Assembly: GCA_964658305.1 (NCBI GenBank)
Contig: OZ210884.1
Coordinates: 7,316,001-7,380,000 of the forward strand
DNA length: 64,000 nt
Direction: 5' to 3'
Source: Leptogorgia sarmentosa
Lineage: Eukaryota
The translations under genes were made by a program, and so were the position numbers. Numbering within the stretch: position 1 is the stretch's first letter; the number at the start of each line of letters is the position of its first letter. Under the pieces are notes generated by a model that saw nothing but the letters and a program-made list of their open reading frames with translations, did no database searches and was not told where the DNA came from. Positions 26,885 to 39,061 of the stretch are shown piece after piece.

Positions 26885-28400
26885 TAGCTACTATATTGTT
26901 GCATCCTGTTTTTATCAAACCCGAACAAGTCACAATTTACGCGTGTAGGGTGCGCGTAAATCTTGTTCGCACAAACTAGATTTAATAGAAACACGAGGTG
27001 TTCTATTATTATTTCATATATGTAGATAAAAATCATTAAGTAGTTCAATGACTGTGAAAATACGGAGAGGCAATATTCATCCCCCCATTGTAGACAAATT
27101 GGTGGGGGGTGGGGGGGGGGGGGGGAAGGGGGGGGGGGTCATGTTTGCAGTAATACAATATTTTAGCATAATAGCAACTAGCAAGGTTGAAAATCAATCA
27201 TATCGGTTGAAATGCCAACCAAGATGGCGGCCAATTCCAAAGAACCTATATTGATTTTATAGGAATATGTGATCAAGTGCCACTTTGTCATTGTGTTGAT
27301 GTTGTTGCTTGTTAACACACACTAATTTCCCCTACTGCTACCAGTCAGCATGTTTCCCCCATCTAATCAAATATATTGCATTACTTAATAGCTAGCTACT
27401 ATATTGTTGCATCCTGTTTTTAACAAACCTGATGAACAAGTCACAATTTACGCGTGTAGGGTGCGCGTAAATCTTGTTCCCACAAAACGAGGTCAGCACG
27501 GTTCCAATAGAAACGCGAGGTGTTATATTATTTAAGTAGTTCATTGACTCTCAAAATGTGGAGAGGCGTTACATAATGTAACACAATATTCATCTCCCAT
27601 TGTCTCCAAGGTAGGGGGGGGGGGGATGTCCCATCCGTCCCGCAACCATTTGCGTCCTTGTTTGTTGTAATACAATATAATAGCATAATAGCAAGGTTGA
27701 AAATCAATATTTGGCTTATTTCCCCTGCGGTTGAGGTACTTTATATAAGTAGAGAAACACGATTGAGTGTCTGTGCATTCTATTTAAGTGTGTTGTATAA
27801 CTAGTCAACAGATAACCCACTGGTTATCTTTCTCCTATAACTGTCAATTCTAAAGCAATCTGCATGGTTTTCGTCAAAGAATTTGCTTGTTGAGCATTAG
27901 CTGATCCTATGCAAGGGCATAAAAATTTCACTCTTATTGCGTTTTGCACATTCTTGAGCCCCAATGGGTTGTTTCAAAATCGAAGTTCGGCACTTGCGAA
28001 TTCTTCGTTTGCGGCATTGCATATGGTGTGATATAGGCTGCTGATGAATGCCATCTAGATCTTGATTGACACTTCAAAGTTTATCTCAGCTATATTACAG
28101 CAAATATACTTGGTTATTTAACCATTTCTTGGTATATTTTGAACTGATAACATGCCGGACGCATTTTTGAGATTTTAAAAGAATGTTCGTGTCTAATGCT
28201 TCTGATATTGTGCACGTGTTTTGAAATGCCAACCAAGATGGCGGCCAATTCCAAAGAACCTATATTGATTTTATAGGAATGGATGATCAAGTGCCACTTT
28301 GTCATTGTGTTGATGTTGTCGCTTGTTAACACACACTAATTTCCCCTACTGGTACCGGTCAGCATGTTTCCCCTATCTATTCAAATATATTGGATTACTT
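26885..28400 (+). repeat. Diverged local tandem duplication (26885-27386 versus 27393-28400)
   Basis: Both copies start tagctactatattgttgcatcctg, share a G-run and gcaaggttgaaaatcaat, and end tcaaatatattg.attactt. Copy 2 has about 510 extra bp at ~27710-28220. Confidence 0.85.
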
Positions 28401-28826
28401 TACTACGATCTTTAAATTTTAATTTTGCTTCCTATCTATACTGTCTGTTTTTGTTTCTCTGTACTACCTTTTGTAGATATAACATCGGTTCATCCGAGAG
28501 GAATCATCAGGTGGAATCATCAGCCACATATTTATTCCTCTTACATGAAACAGGCTGTTTTGGCACCTCGATGCTGGCACGATCATAATTATGCATGTCT
28601 AATTTCCCTGATTAAACTAATAGGCATCAACAGGATATACGTATTTATTGCTTTTCTTGAATACTTAGTAAAAGTCGAGTAGTTTTATTTTTGGACTTAC
28701 TAATTTCCCCTGCATGTTTCGCAAAACAGCCCTAATTGAATTTTAATGCGGATATACGAAGATATAAATAAGCGAGACGACCTGAATTCGCATCACATTG
28801 TTTGCAGGATAAACAGACGAAGCAAA

Positions 28827-30169
28827 ATGTTGAAGAGTGCTGTCATTATCTGCATTCTAGTATCGTCTACCTTGGGGGGAAAAATTGGTGAAGATGAAGC
28901 CCAAGTAAGTCAATGTTTTTCAACGATCTTCAATTTCCAGAAATAATTACCACAACGTATTTCAAACTAACGCGAAGTAGGAAGAAATCTCAAAATGTGC
29001 ATGACCAAGCATATATATTCAGCACGTTTATCATACATTATGGAATTAATAACTACGATATGCAATATATATTCCGATAGTGATACACAAGTATTACGTT
29101 TGAACTCTTGGGAATTGGGATGTAATTTCAGGGAGTAGAAGAGCCACGAGGACTGCTGGGGAAAAGAGGACCTCCAGGAGTTCTTCGGCCGAAAGGGTAC
29201 TGTCCTTATCATCATTGCATGCCAGGAAGAAAGGGAGAACCTGGAAGGGATGGAATGCCTGGAAGGCCTGGACATCCTGGTCCGTCTGGCATACCTGGTG
29301 AGCCTGGTCCAATTGGTGCACCAGGATTGAACGGACCACCGGGTGAGAAAGGTCTAAAGGGCGACCGTGGTGATACGAATGTCGCAACGTCAAATTGGAA
29401 ACAATGTACATGGAATGTGGGAGATCCCAGAAATACTGGACTCTTACGGGTAAGATATGTCTTTTTTATTTGCTCACGCTAGAAATAAATTATTAAGTTT
29501 ACATGTAAATTAAGGGGCTGTTAAAATGAAAAAATTCAGCTCAGACTGAGATTTCATCCCCGATGTTGACGTAGCTATATTTGAAAACGAGAAGAATAAT
29601 TTGAATAAGAAACACGCAGTGTCGTCTAAAATTATAAATCTTTGTGATGCAAATTTTGTATAACTATACATCTTCAAGTTTATATAGTTCTTATACAAAT
29701 CTTCCAAACGCGTCTTCCTTGAATGCGTCAAATCGATCAGATTACTTGACAGTAATTTATAAATTCTTATCCGGCTTACGTACGGCGCTAACAATATCTC
29801 TTTGTCTCCCTATTATAGGAATGTATATTTGTTAAAAAGCGAGATGACACACATCTTCGTGTTTTCTTTGCCGGAAACCTTCGAATCTATAGTTGTGATA
29901 AATGCTGCAGCAGATGGTTTTTCACATTTAATGGCGTGGAATGCAGTGCTCGTATTGAAGGAGTGTATTATATGTTGAAAGGAGTAGGTACTCACAACCT
30001 TCTTCGTCATCGCCATATTGAAGGTTATTGTGGCAAAATCAAGAGAGGCATTATCAGGGTTGGGTTTAATGTTGGTACTTGCCAAGATTATGACCCCGCT
30101 GACGCATACACTGGATGGAATTCTGTCTCACGTATTGTAGTCGAAGAAGTTCCACCTCCGCAAAGATAA
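28827..30169 (+). CDS. CTHRC1: Collagen triple helix repeat-containing protein 1-like
   Basis: Exons 28827-28904 (signal peptide), 29132-29449 (Gly-X-Y repeats, NWKQCTW) and 29819-30169 ([48 protein letters not shown]). All junctions are phase 0, and AATAAA is at 30198. It may be one member of an expanded family. Confidence 0.93.
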
Positions 30170-31304
30170 ACTGTGAAGAATCAGTGACTTTATCTGCAAT
30201 AAAGTAAACCTTAATGAAGTGTGATTTCGATGTTTGTACTTATGTCTCGTGTTACTTTCCTTATAATAACTTCCTTACTCTTACTTTATCGAAAATGTTA
30301 GGAATCATTAAGTCTGCATGAATCGTATACGTATATATACTGTATACTTGTTGAATAAAATTCGTAAAAATGGAATGGACTTGTAGTCGGCTTTCACTAC
30401 ATTTCAGCGTGATTAATGGCGATCAAAAATTTTCAACACGGGCCAGATCTCTTTTAAGCATCCGCAACTTGGGGGGAGATATTTTAAGGGGGACCTGGAA
30501 AGGTTGGAGAGGGACCTGTTACCATAATTAATACAGACAAATTTTAATGCGTTGAAAACCTGGAGTTATGTTGTTACTTTAAACAATTATTGGATGAGGC
30601 TAAGCATGATATCAAGAATTATTCAGACCGAGGTCAATGTTATCTGCCGAAGCGAAGCTATTTGCTGCGCACATTTTGATGACTCGCGCATGCGGGTTAC
30701 GACGAAAGTCGTCGAACGTTCAAGATGGAGGATGACTTAATAGGCACTTACGTATACCGAGTGGAACTAATAACACTCCTTCTAGAGTTACGCCCCAAAC
30801 CGCTTGGCCTCCTGGACTCGAAGATTACGTTTTTCATTGTATATGGAATTATAATTCCTCAGATGTAAACACTTCAGAAATTAATATCTGCCTTAAAATC
30901 GAGCGTAGAGTTAACAGGGTTTTAATTTATCATTTATTCCTTTCGGCAGAAATATATTTTTCTCATCTTCTATCATACGACAGGAATTTTGCAGACCACG
31001 ATTCAAATAATCGGGCGGTCTCACTGAGCTATACTTAATATATCTGGAGATCGGGTCGTAATACAACGCCGTACAAAATAGTGTCGCCAAAAACATGGCG
31101 GATTTTAGCCAAATTTACGTCATTATGACGTAGTAAGTCCCCTATTTCAGGGGACTAACCACTGACCAAACAACATTGCCGAAAGTGAGCAGTTTTCTCA
31201 CCCCCCTGTCTCGAAATAAAATATTAAAATCCAGCTAACATGATAACACACGTCAAAGTTTTTAATTCAAAACAATATTTCGTTGAATTTTGTTGATTAT
31301 CAAC

Positions 31305-31372
31305 ATGCCGCGTTTTTGCTATGTTTACGGATGTCACAACTCCTTTGACAACAAAGAACTGTTGTCACACTG
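31305..31372 (+). pseudogene. THAP-domain-like first exon remnant
   Basis: MPRFCYVYGCHNSFDNKELLSH followed by a gtaagg donor fits the THAP start MPxxCxVxGCxN; no continuation was found. Confidence 0.55.
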
Positions 31373-33221
31373 GTAAGGAAATTTTATTTTATGCTTATAC
31401 ATCGTTCGAGAGGTCGTATGTATGCTTAAATTTATTTACAACAGTCTCTTAAGGCCAGTTTACAATATCAAAGTTTCTGCCATCACAGTAGGAATCTTGC
31501 ATGGGTGAAACTTGAGGTTATTTTCACCAGATTTTTACAATTACACTGTTCGTGAAACATGTACAGTACATTTATTGTTGATTAATATTTAGACCATACA
31601 ATCTTTATCTTGGCCAATTTGTTCCATAACCTCCTTGGCTTCCCTGCATTCTGAATGCTCCCAGTTTGTGCTAAAGGGAATGATCTCTTCCATGCTGTCT
31701 AGAAATAGGGATGAAACTGTAGTTCGTATTCATTGCTCTTGTCATGGTCAAGTTGTTGAAGACATGGATGGCCACCTTAAATGTGAACAATGTCAAACCA
31801 AAGGAATGGTGGAAATGACTGGTAATAATGACACATTGAAGGTAGGCATACTTGGAGTGTTAATGTGGAGTTTTATATTTATATCTTTCTGTGATACAAT
31901 GGAATTTAACTGCTTGATTGTCTTGTTTGTTCATAGTTGTTCAAACTTGATGGGTTCTGGTGTTGGCAGTACAATCTTTGCATAACTATTATGCCCCCAA
32001 AAAGATGGGAGGAAGCAAGGTTCAGTGCACCACTGGCATGGGTGCCATGACATTGTTTTTAATAATAACTAAGTTTTAATAATGATTTCTTCAATAATAA
32101 TATTGTTTTAAATAACTAATTAATATAATTAATTCATTTGTTAATAGTTGTTGTACATAGTTTTTAATAATTTGTTCTCCAATGTTCAGTAGCTGAAATA
32201 ATAAATAAGGAAATAATAAATAAATAAGTAAGTTAAAATTTAATCTGATTACTAATGTATTAATATATTTATTTTGTCTCAATCAATTCTATGCATATCT
32301 AATTCTCTTGAATGCAAATTGATGAGTGCAATCACATTTGCCACATAACTGGACCATTTCACATTGATTTTGAAGTTGAAAGCATCAAATTAAACTAGAA
32401 AGTGAACACAATTCGATAAGTATTCATTTCTTAGTTGTGCTGGCTAATCAAAGTCAATATGCCAGCAAAATTAGGTGCTGAGCAAATGGGGATTGACATC
32501 CATAGAATTGGTTGAGGAACTTGTTTACTCATACTTGTGTTGTATGTGTTTTAAAATAAAAAAATAAATTTGTTGTGATTTGAATGTGAATATATTATTG
32601 TATATCCTGAAATATTATATCATTATCTTGGAAATTTTCTGATAAAATATTATTCTTCAATGCAAATAAAAATGAGATATGAATTGCATAAAATGCAGAT
32701 ATCAAACATTCTAGATCAAGCATCTAAAAGGCAATTGTTCCTTGAATGTTCAATCAAATAGTGGCATTACCTTTTTCAAACAAGACCATTATAAATATAT
32801 ACACTTCACTTCATATTGACATGCTGCACTTATTTTTCAATAATTTCATCGATAGAATATACCTGAAATTGCAATACATACATATACAAAACTTAGTGGT
32901 GATATCAGTGGTTATTACAATAAAACAACAACTTCGTCTTGAAACAACGTCTTCTTATAGCTCAGTGGTGGCCGTCAGACAAGCAGTAAGCTCCATTCCT
33001 GTCCTCTTTAATCAATCGCGTTCGGTATTTATATTTTATAGGCGCGTACATCAACAAATACAACAATATATTTTTGAGATGTAAGAGAATTTTAATACTT
33101 TATCTCAATTCTTTGAAAAAATATCAAAACAACACTGCAGTATCACCCGATTAGCACGTTTGACGTCGGCTGCCAGCCGGAAAAATGTCGCCGATTGCTC
33201 GGCTGCCAGCCGGGCTGTACT

Positions 33222-35553
33222 CACTGAGCTATAATAGAATACTGGAGGAAGCGCACGCGGACAAAGAGTGTCTCCAAAAACATGGCGGATTTTAAGCCGT
33301 TACCATGACAGCACTTGCTCCGTCCTCATGGTAGGCACCACTGACCAACCGCGATCCAAAGGTTTCGATGACAGTATTCTCCCCCCTGGTTTTTGCAAAA
33401 TATTTCATATAAATTACATTTACGATAGTTTTTGGATGTTTTTTAAGACAAAAATCTTTTCAATTTCACATTTTTCGCTCACATTGCTCATTTTACAATG
33501 CAAAGGAAAATTGTAGCGGTTTTCACGCCACAAAAACCTCATTTTTATTTCAGGTAAGATTTTTCAGATTTTTTTTATACATATAGTCGACAAAAATATG
33601 CACAACAAATATTTCAAAATTATTTTATACAATATATTTTGAGGAACTTACCATTTGCTATGTTGTGAAAGTGTAGAAAAATACATTACTACAAGCCTGA
33701 ATGGCAAGAGAGAGTTAAAAGTAGTGGAGCAAAATACTTGAATATAAACCAAGTGCAATCTGTAAAAATTATTATAAGCACAATCAAGACAATGCAAGTA
33801 AATCTGACATGACACATGCCATATAATAAAAGAGTCCAGTATTCCACTGATTGTGACAGAGGAGGGGACATTGATTACATCTCACACTTGTCTTGTGCAA
33901 GTAAATAGGCCTGGGAACCTAGTGGGAGTCCTGGCTTGTTTCACTCCCTTTCTAATCATTATTAGGTGCATGTGCATGCACCTACACTTTCACAAAATTT
34001 CAGTGGAAATGAACATTCTCATTGAAATTTATTTGTGACCCTGGTGGAAATATCATTTGTGTGCAGTTCATTTACTCAGCATTCTGTATCTGATTTTGTT
34101 GGATATGACTCAGATCCACAGGTATAGTCTGCAGTATTGCATTTCATTTTACAGTGTTCTTAATTTATATAGGTACCAGAAGAGATGGCACAGAGGCTGA
34201 CAGAGCATCAAAATGCAGAACCAAAAATTATAGCTATAATACAAAAGGAAACAATTGTATATTATCATCACTTTATTAAAGCTAGAAATATTCTTGAATT
34301 AACTTTATTAATGCTACAGCACAGCATGCATCCATGCTTCACATCAAGTTTTATTTGTCAGTTCATTTTGCAAAGATGTTGCTTGGTTACAATTGATGTA
34401 ATTCTTTTTTTGCCACAAAAATATATCTCATTGTTAATGAATCTGAAATAATACTTTCAAAATGTATCTGAAATAATAAAGATAGAGTTCAATTGTACAG
34501 GAGAATTTACACAGGAGAATTTTGACATTCTGCAAATGTATTTCTAATACTAGTAAAATATGCCAGGCAAGTTTTCCAGCAGTTACTCCAGATAATGCCA
34601 ACCTACCAGTAGAATCATAGAATGGGAGGGTATATGAGTGGAAAACACCAAAAATTTTACTTCAGCCAGGGTGGGGACATGGCTGGTGCATTTGATAGAC
34701 ATTTATTGTGCCTCCCACAAGAATTTTTTCTCACAGTTTTTCATTTGTGGTAACTAAAAGTCCTGAGTGACTCCTGATCTCTTGTACCCCCTCCCCTAAG
34801 TTTCACTGAATCAGAAAATACAGCAATAGTGTAAATATGGAAACAAGTGAAAAACATCAATGGCACAGGAATTAAAATAACATTCCTAATACCAGAGCTT
34901 GGTGGTCAGTACTTTTTTAGTTCAGCTTTTGAGTACTGTAGCTTAATATGAATACTTGTGCTTATTGTGATTGTGCAATTAAGACAAATCTAATAACAAC
35001 CTGGCCAACTGACCGTCATAGTTTGTATGTAGTCAATTGTTTATTTTACAGATGGTAAGCACTGCAACAACTTTGTAATACTCATTTAAAAATCGTGATT
35101 ACCACTCAAAAAAGAAATTTCTGACTAGCTGAGCGAGTAGCTGCAAGTATACAGACAGTATACTTCGATCTCGATCGGTGCCACTTCGCTTTCCCGAGTT
35201 TATAGATCAATATTCGTTTTTTCCCCTCTTATAAGCAAGAAATAATTGTAAAACGTCCATACCTTCGACCAAGTAAAACAAATATCTCAAGAACATGAAC
35301 AAAATTAAAAAAACTACAATTTTTTTATGGTTTTTGCTGAAAAAAGATTAATAAAGCATGAAAAAACCAGGGGGGTGTGAAAACGGCAGTGGGCTCAGAT
35401 TTGAGCCTGGTCAGTGGTAAATACCATGAGGACGGAGCAAGTGCTGTCATGGTAATGATGACGAATCACATGAATCCACGCCATAATTTTGGAGACACTC
35501 TTTTATCTGAAAAAAAGTGCGTGCGCTTCCTCCAGTATTCTTATAGCTCAGTG
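33222..35553. mobile_element. Inner non-autonomous element (2332 bp), TIR family related to the outer element
   Basis: TIRs cactgagctataatagaatactggaggaagcgcacgc and gcgtgcgcttcctccagtattcttatagctcagtg; 8-bp TSD GCTGTACT at 33214-33221 and 35554-35561. Confidence 0.9.
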
Positions 35554-35865
35554 GCTGTACTACAGTATACTGTTCGCCGCGCATTTTGGGGACTGGATCT
35601 AGGATGATTTTGAATCGAAAAACAGCCAAAATTACGTTAAATTTAGCCAGTTTCATTGCGATACATCCTGATTCATCTTTCCGATGTTAATAGCCTACTA
35701 TATAGCGACTCAATCAACGAGAAAAAAAAGATTTTAGTTACAATTTGTTATAATGTACTAATATATTTTCACTAATAATTCTTAGAAACTGACCTTATAA
35801 ATCTACTGATGCTCTGAAATAATGAAAACTATTTAACCCATAAAGACACCTGTACAGTAAACCAT

Positions 35866-37685
35866 ATAGCTACCAGCCGAAATTTTGTCCATTAATTATT
35901 CTTCTGTATATATAGTACGGCTACCATCCGCAGTTTTGTGTAGTATATTGTAGTATACTACAATACCTTACGGCTACCAGCCGAAATTATATCTATTATT
36001 CTTCAATCTACTATCTTACGGCTACCAGCCGCAGTTTTGTGTAGTATACTGTAGTATACTACAATACCTTACGGCTACCAGCCGAAATTATTTCTATTAT
36101 TCTTCAATCTACTATCTTACGGCTACCAATACTGTAGTATACTATAATACCTTACGGCTACCAGCCGAAATTATTTCTATTATTCTTCAATCTACTATCT
36201 TACGGCTACCAGCCGCAGTTTTGTGTAGTATACTGTAGTATATTACAATATCTTACGGCTACCAGCCGAAATTATTTCTATTATTCTTCCATCTACTATC
36301 TTACGGCTACCAGCCGCAAATTTGTGTAGTATACTGTAGTATACTACAATATCTTACGGCTACCAGCCGAAGTTATATCTATTATTCTTCAATCTACTAT
36401 CTTACGGCTACCAGCCGAAGTTATATCTATTATTCTTCAATCTACTATCTTACGGCTACCAGCCGCGGTTTTGTGTAGTATACTGTAGTATACTACAATA
36501 TCATACGGCTACCAGCCGAAGTTATATCTATTATTCTTCAATACACTATCCGGCTTACGGCTACCAGCCGCAGTTTTGTGTAGTATACTACTCTACCAGT
36601 AGTCTATATTAAATTGAACAATAATGAGAAATAATTTCGGCTGGTAGCCGTAAGATATTGTAGTATACTACAGTATACTACACAAATTTGCGGCTGGTAG
36701 CCGTAAGATAGTGGATTGAACATTGAAGAATAATAAACTTCGGCTGGTAGCCGTATGATATTGTAGTATACTACAGTATACTACACAAAACTGCGGCTGG
36801 TAGCCGTAAGATAGTAGATGGAAGAATAATAGAAATAATTTCGGCTGGTAGCCGTAAGGTATTGTAGTATACTACAGTATACTACACAAAACTGCGGCTG
36901 GTAGCCGTAAGATAGTAGATTGAAGAATAATAGAAATAATTTCGGCTGGTAGCCGTAAGGTATTGTAGTATACTACAGTATACTACACAAAACTGCGGCT
37001 GGTAGCCGTAAGATAGTAGATTGAAGAATAATAGATATAATTTCGGCTGGTAGCCGTAAGGTATTATAGTATACTACAGTATACTACACAAAACTGCGGC
37101 TGGTAGCCGTACTATAGTAGATTGAAGAATAATAGATAAGTATAGAAATAATTTCGGCTGGTAGCCGTATGATATTGTAATATACTACAGTATACTACAC
37201 AAAACTGCGGCTGGTAGCCGTAAGATAGTAGATTGAAGAATAATAGAAATAATTTCGGCTGGTAGCCGTAAGGTATTATAGTATACTACAGTATACTACA
37301 CAAAACTGCGGCTGGTAGCCGTAAGATAGTAGATTGTAGAATAATAGATATAATTTCGGCTGGTAGCCGTAAGGTATTATAGTATACTACAATATACTAC
37401 ACAAAACTGCGGCTGGTAGCCGTACTATAGTAGATTGAAGAATAATAGATAAGTATAGAAATAATTTCGGCTGGTAGCCGTATGATATTGTAGTATACTA
37501 CAGTATACTACACAAAACTGCGGCTGGTAGCCGTAAGATAGTAGATGGAAGAATAATAGAAATAATTTCGGCTGGTAGCCGTAAGGTATTGTAGTATACT
37601 ACAATATACTACACAAAACTGCGGATGGTAGCCGTACTATATATACAGAAGAATAATTAATGGACAAAATTTCGGCTGGTAGCTA
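35866..37685. repeat. Inverted pair of tandem arrays, ~97-bp dimeric unit built on CGGCTACCAGCCG
   Basis: Forward array at ~35866-36590 and reverse-complement array at ~36638-37685; two spacer types mostly alternate. Confidence 0.95.
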
Positions 37686-39061
37686 TATGGTTTACTGTAC
37701 AGGTGTCTTTATGGGTTAAATAGTTTTCATTATTTCAGAGCATCAGTAGATTTATAAGGTCAGTTTCTAAGAATTATTAGTGAAAATATATTAGTACATT
37801 ATAACAAATTGTTAATAAAATTGCCTGTTCAGAGTTCTTTATATAACAATAATTTGCATAAAATGCGCGAAGAGGTGCGGCGGCGTGCGGGTGAAATAAG
37901 GTAAGTGACGCAGTAAGTGGCTAGTTTCGCGAATTACGCAATTGACGCAATGCATTGTACTTCCGATTCCCATCGTTGCGTTTATCGTTTTCTCTTTGCT
38001 AAAATCTTTTTTTTCTCGTTGATTGAGTCGCTATATAGTAGGCTATTAACATCGGAAAGATGAATCAGGATGTATCGCAATGAAACTGGCTAAATTTAAC
38101 GTAATTTTGGCTGTTTTTCGATTCAAAATCATCCTAGATCCAGTCCCCAAAATGCGCGGCGAACAGTATACTGTAGTACAGCCCGGCTGGCAGCCGAGCA
38201 ATCGGCGACATTTTTCCGGCTGGCAGCCGACGTCAAACGTGCTAATCGGGTGGCAGTATATATATTTATATAGTAACAAACAGTAAAATCCAGGGGGGGT
38301 TGGAAACGGCGCCTGCACACACTTCAACTGTGGTCAGTAATTACCATCATGAGAATAGGGGACGTGTGACGTAAAATCCGCCATGTTTTTGGCGACACTT
38401 CAAAGTGGAGAGCCCGATCTCCAGATATATTAAGTATAGCTCGGTGGGCGGTCTTCATCGTAGGAAGATGTTTCCACACAGCGCGCTGGAATACCATGCA
38501 GCCGAGCGCCAAAGACGCGCTTCAGTTTGGGGAGCAGGAGGGCCCTCATCCGGAAGAATTTTTAGATGTTGGGGTCCGCAAATGTCTTCTTCGACACTTT
38601 TTGAAACCAAATTTAAGAATTTGACCAGCTAAAATAGAAGCAAAATTCATTTATAGTTTAAACCATACCGCTTTACCTACTGATGTGCAAAAATGTTGCA
38701 GTGGGGGAGGGGCTTAAGCCCCTGTGTTTCCTACTCTGGTTGTTTCCCCACAATTGGACACGAGGGAGCACAATACAATGAAATCTAATTTATTAGCATG
38801 GACAGCACAGAAAATTTATCACCGACGTATAGAACAATCAGTTTTCTTGCAAGCTATTTTTAATTCAGCACAACTATGACAAATGGGAATGTACTAACTT
38901 GACTAGTTTCGCTACTTTTATGTTTGAGCTACTCTAAAAAAAACAAATGGCGCCGTATATTTGGCTTCGTGTATTCTACGATGTCTTAAATCATCCTAAT
39001 ACATTAAAAATACTCCAGCTTGAAAAATGAGCTACTTAGAAAATACATTTTTCAAGCTTGT

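Larger units (their letters stand above)
33144..38252. mobile_element. Foldback element (Galileo-like), ~2.77 kb once the inner insertion is removed
   Basis: Termini cacccgattagcacgtttgacgtcggctgccagccgg and ccggctggcagccgacgtcaaacgtgctaatcgggtg; 7-bp TSD GCAGTAT at 33137-33143 and 38253-38259; arms of more than 1 kb meet at ~36590-36640. Confidence 0.9.
31022..38446 (+). mobile_element. Outer non-autonomous P-superfamily-like DNA transposon (~2.3 kb once nested insertions are removed)
   Basis: Imperfect ~160-190 bp TIRs, cactgagctatacttaatatatctggagatcggg and cccgatctccagatatattaagtatagctcggtg; 8-bp TSD GGCGGTCT at 31014-31021 and 38447-38454; THAP-like first exon inside. Confidence 0.85.

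Noticed and set aside
27101..27138. Long G-run as a functional G-quadruplex (similar runs at ~11106, ~13556 and ~57377)
   Set aside because: Such homopolymer tracts recur throughout the window and their lengths are error-prone; there is no specific evidence of function.
31635..31985. 116-aa ORF with CxC and CxxC motifs as a transposase fragment
   Set aside because: It has a non-ATG start and no THAP or DDE motifs, and I could not link it to the THAP-like exon.
35866..37685. CRISPR-like look: a short palindromic repeat with ~35-bp spacers
   Set aside because: The spacers are two recurring types rather than unique sequences, there are no cas genes, the context is eukaryotic, and the arrays are the arms of a foldback element.
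35377..38632. Duplicate short ORFs such as MKLAKFNVILAVFRFK on both strands
   Set aside because: They come from the inverted arms and TIRs, with no other sign of coding.
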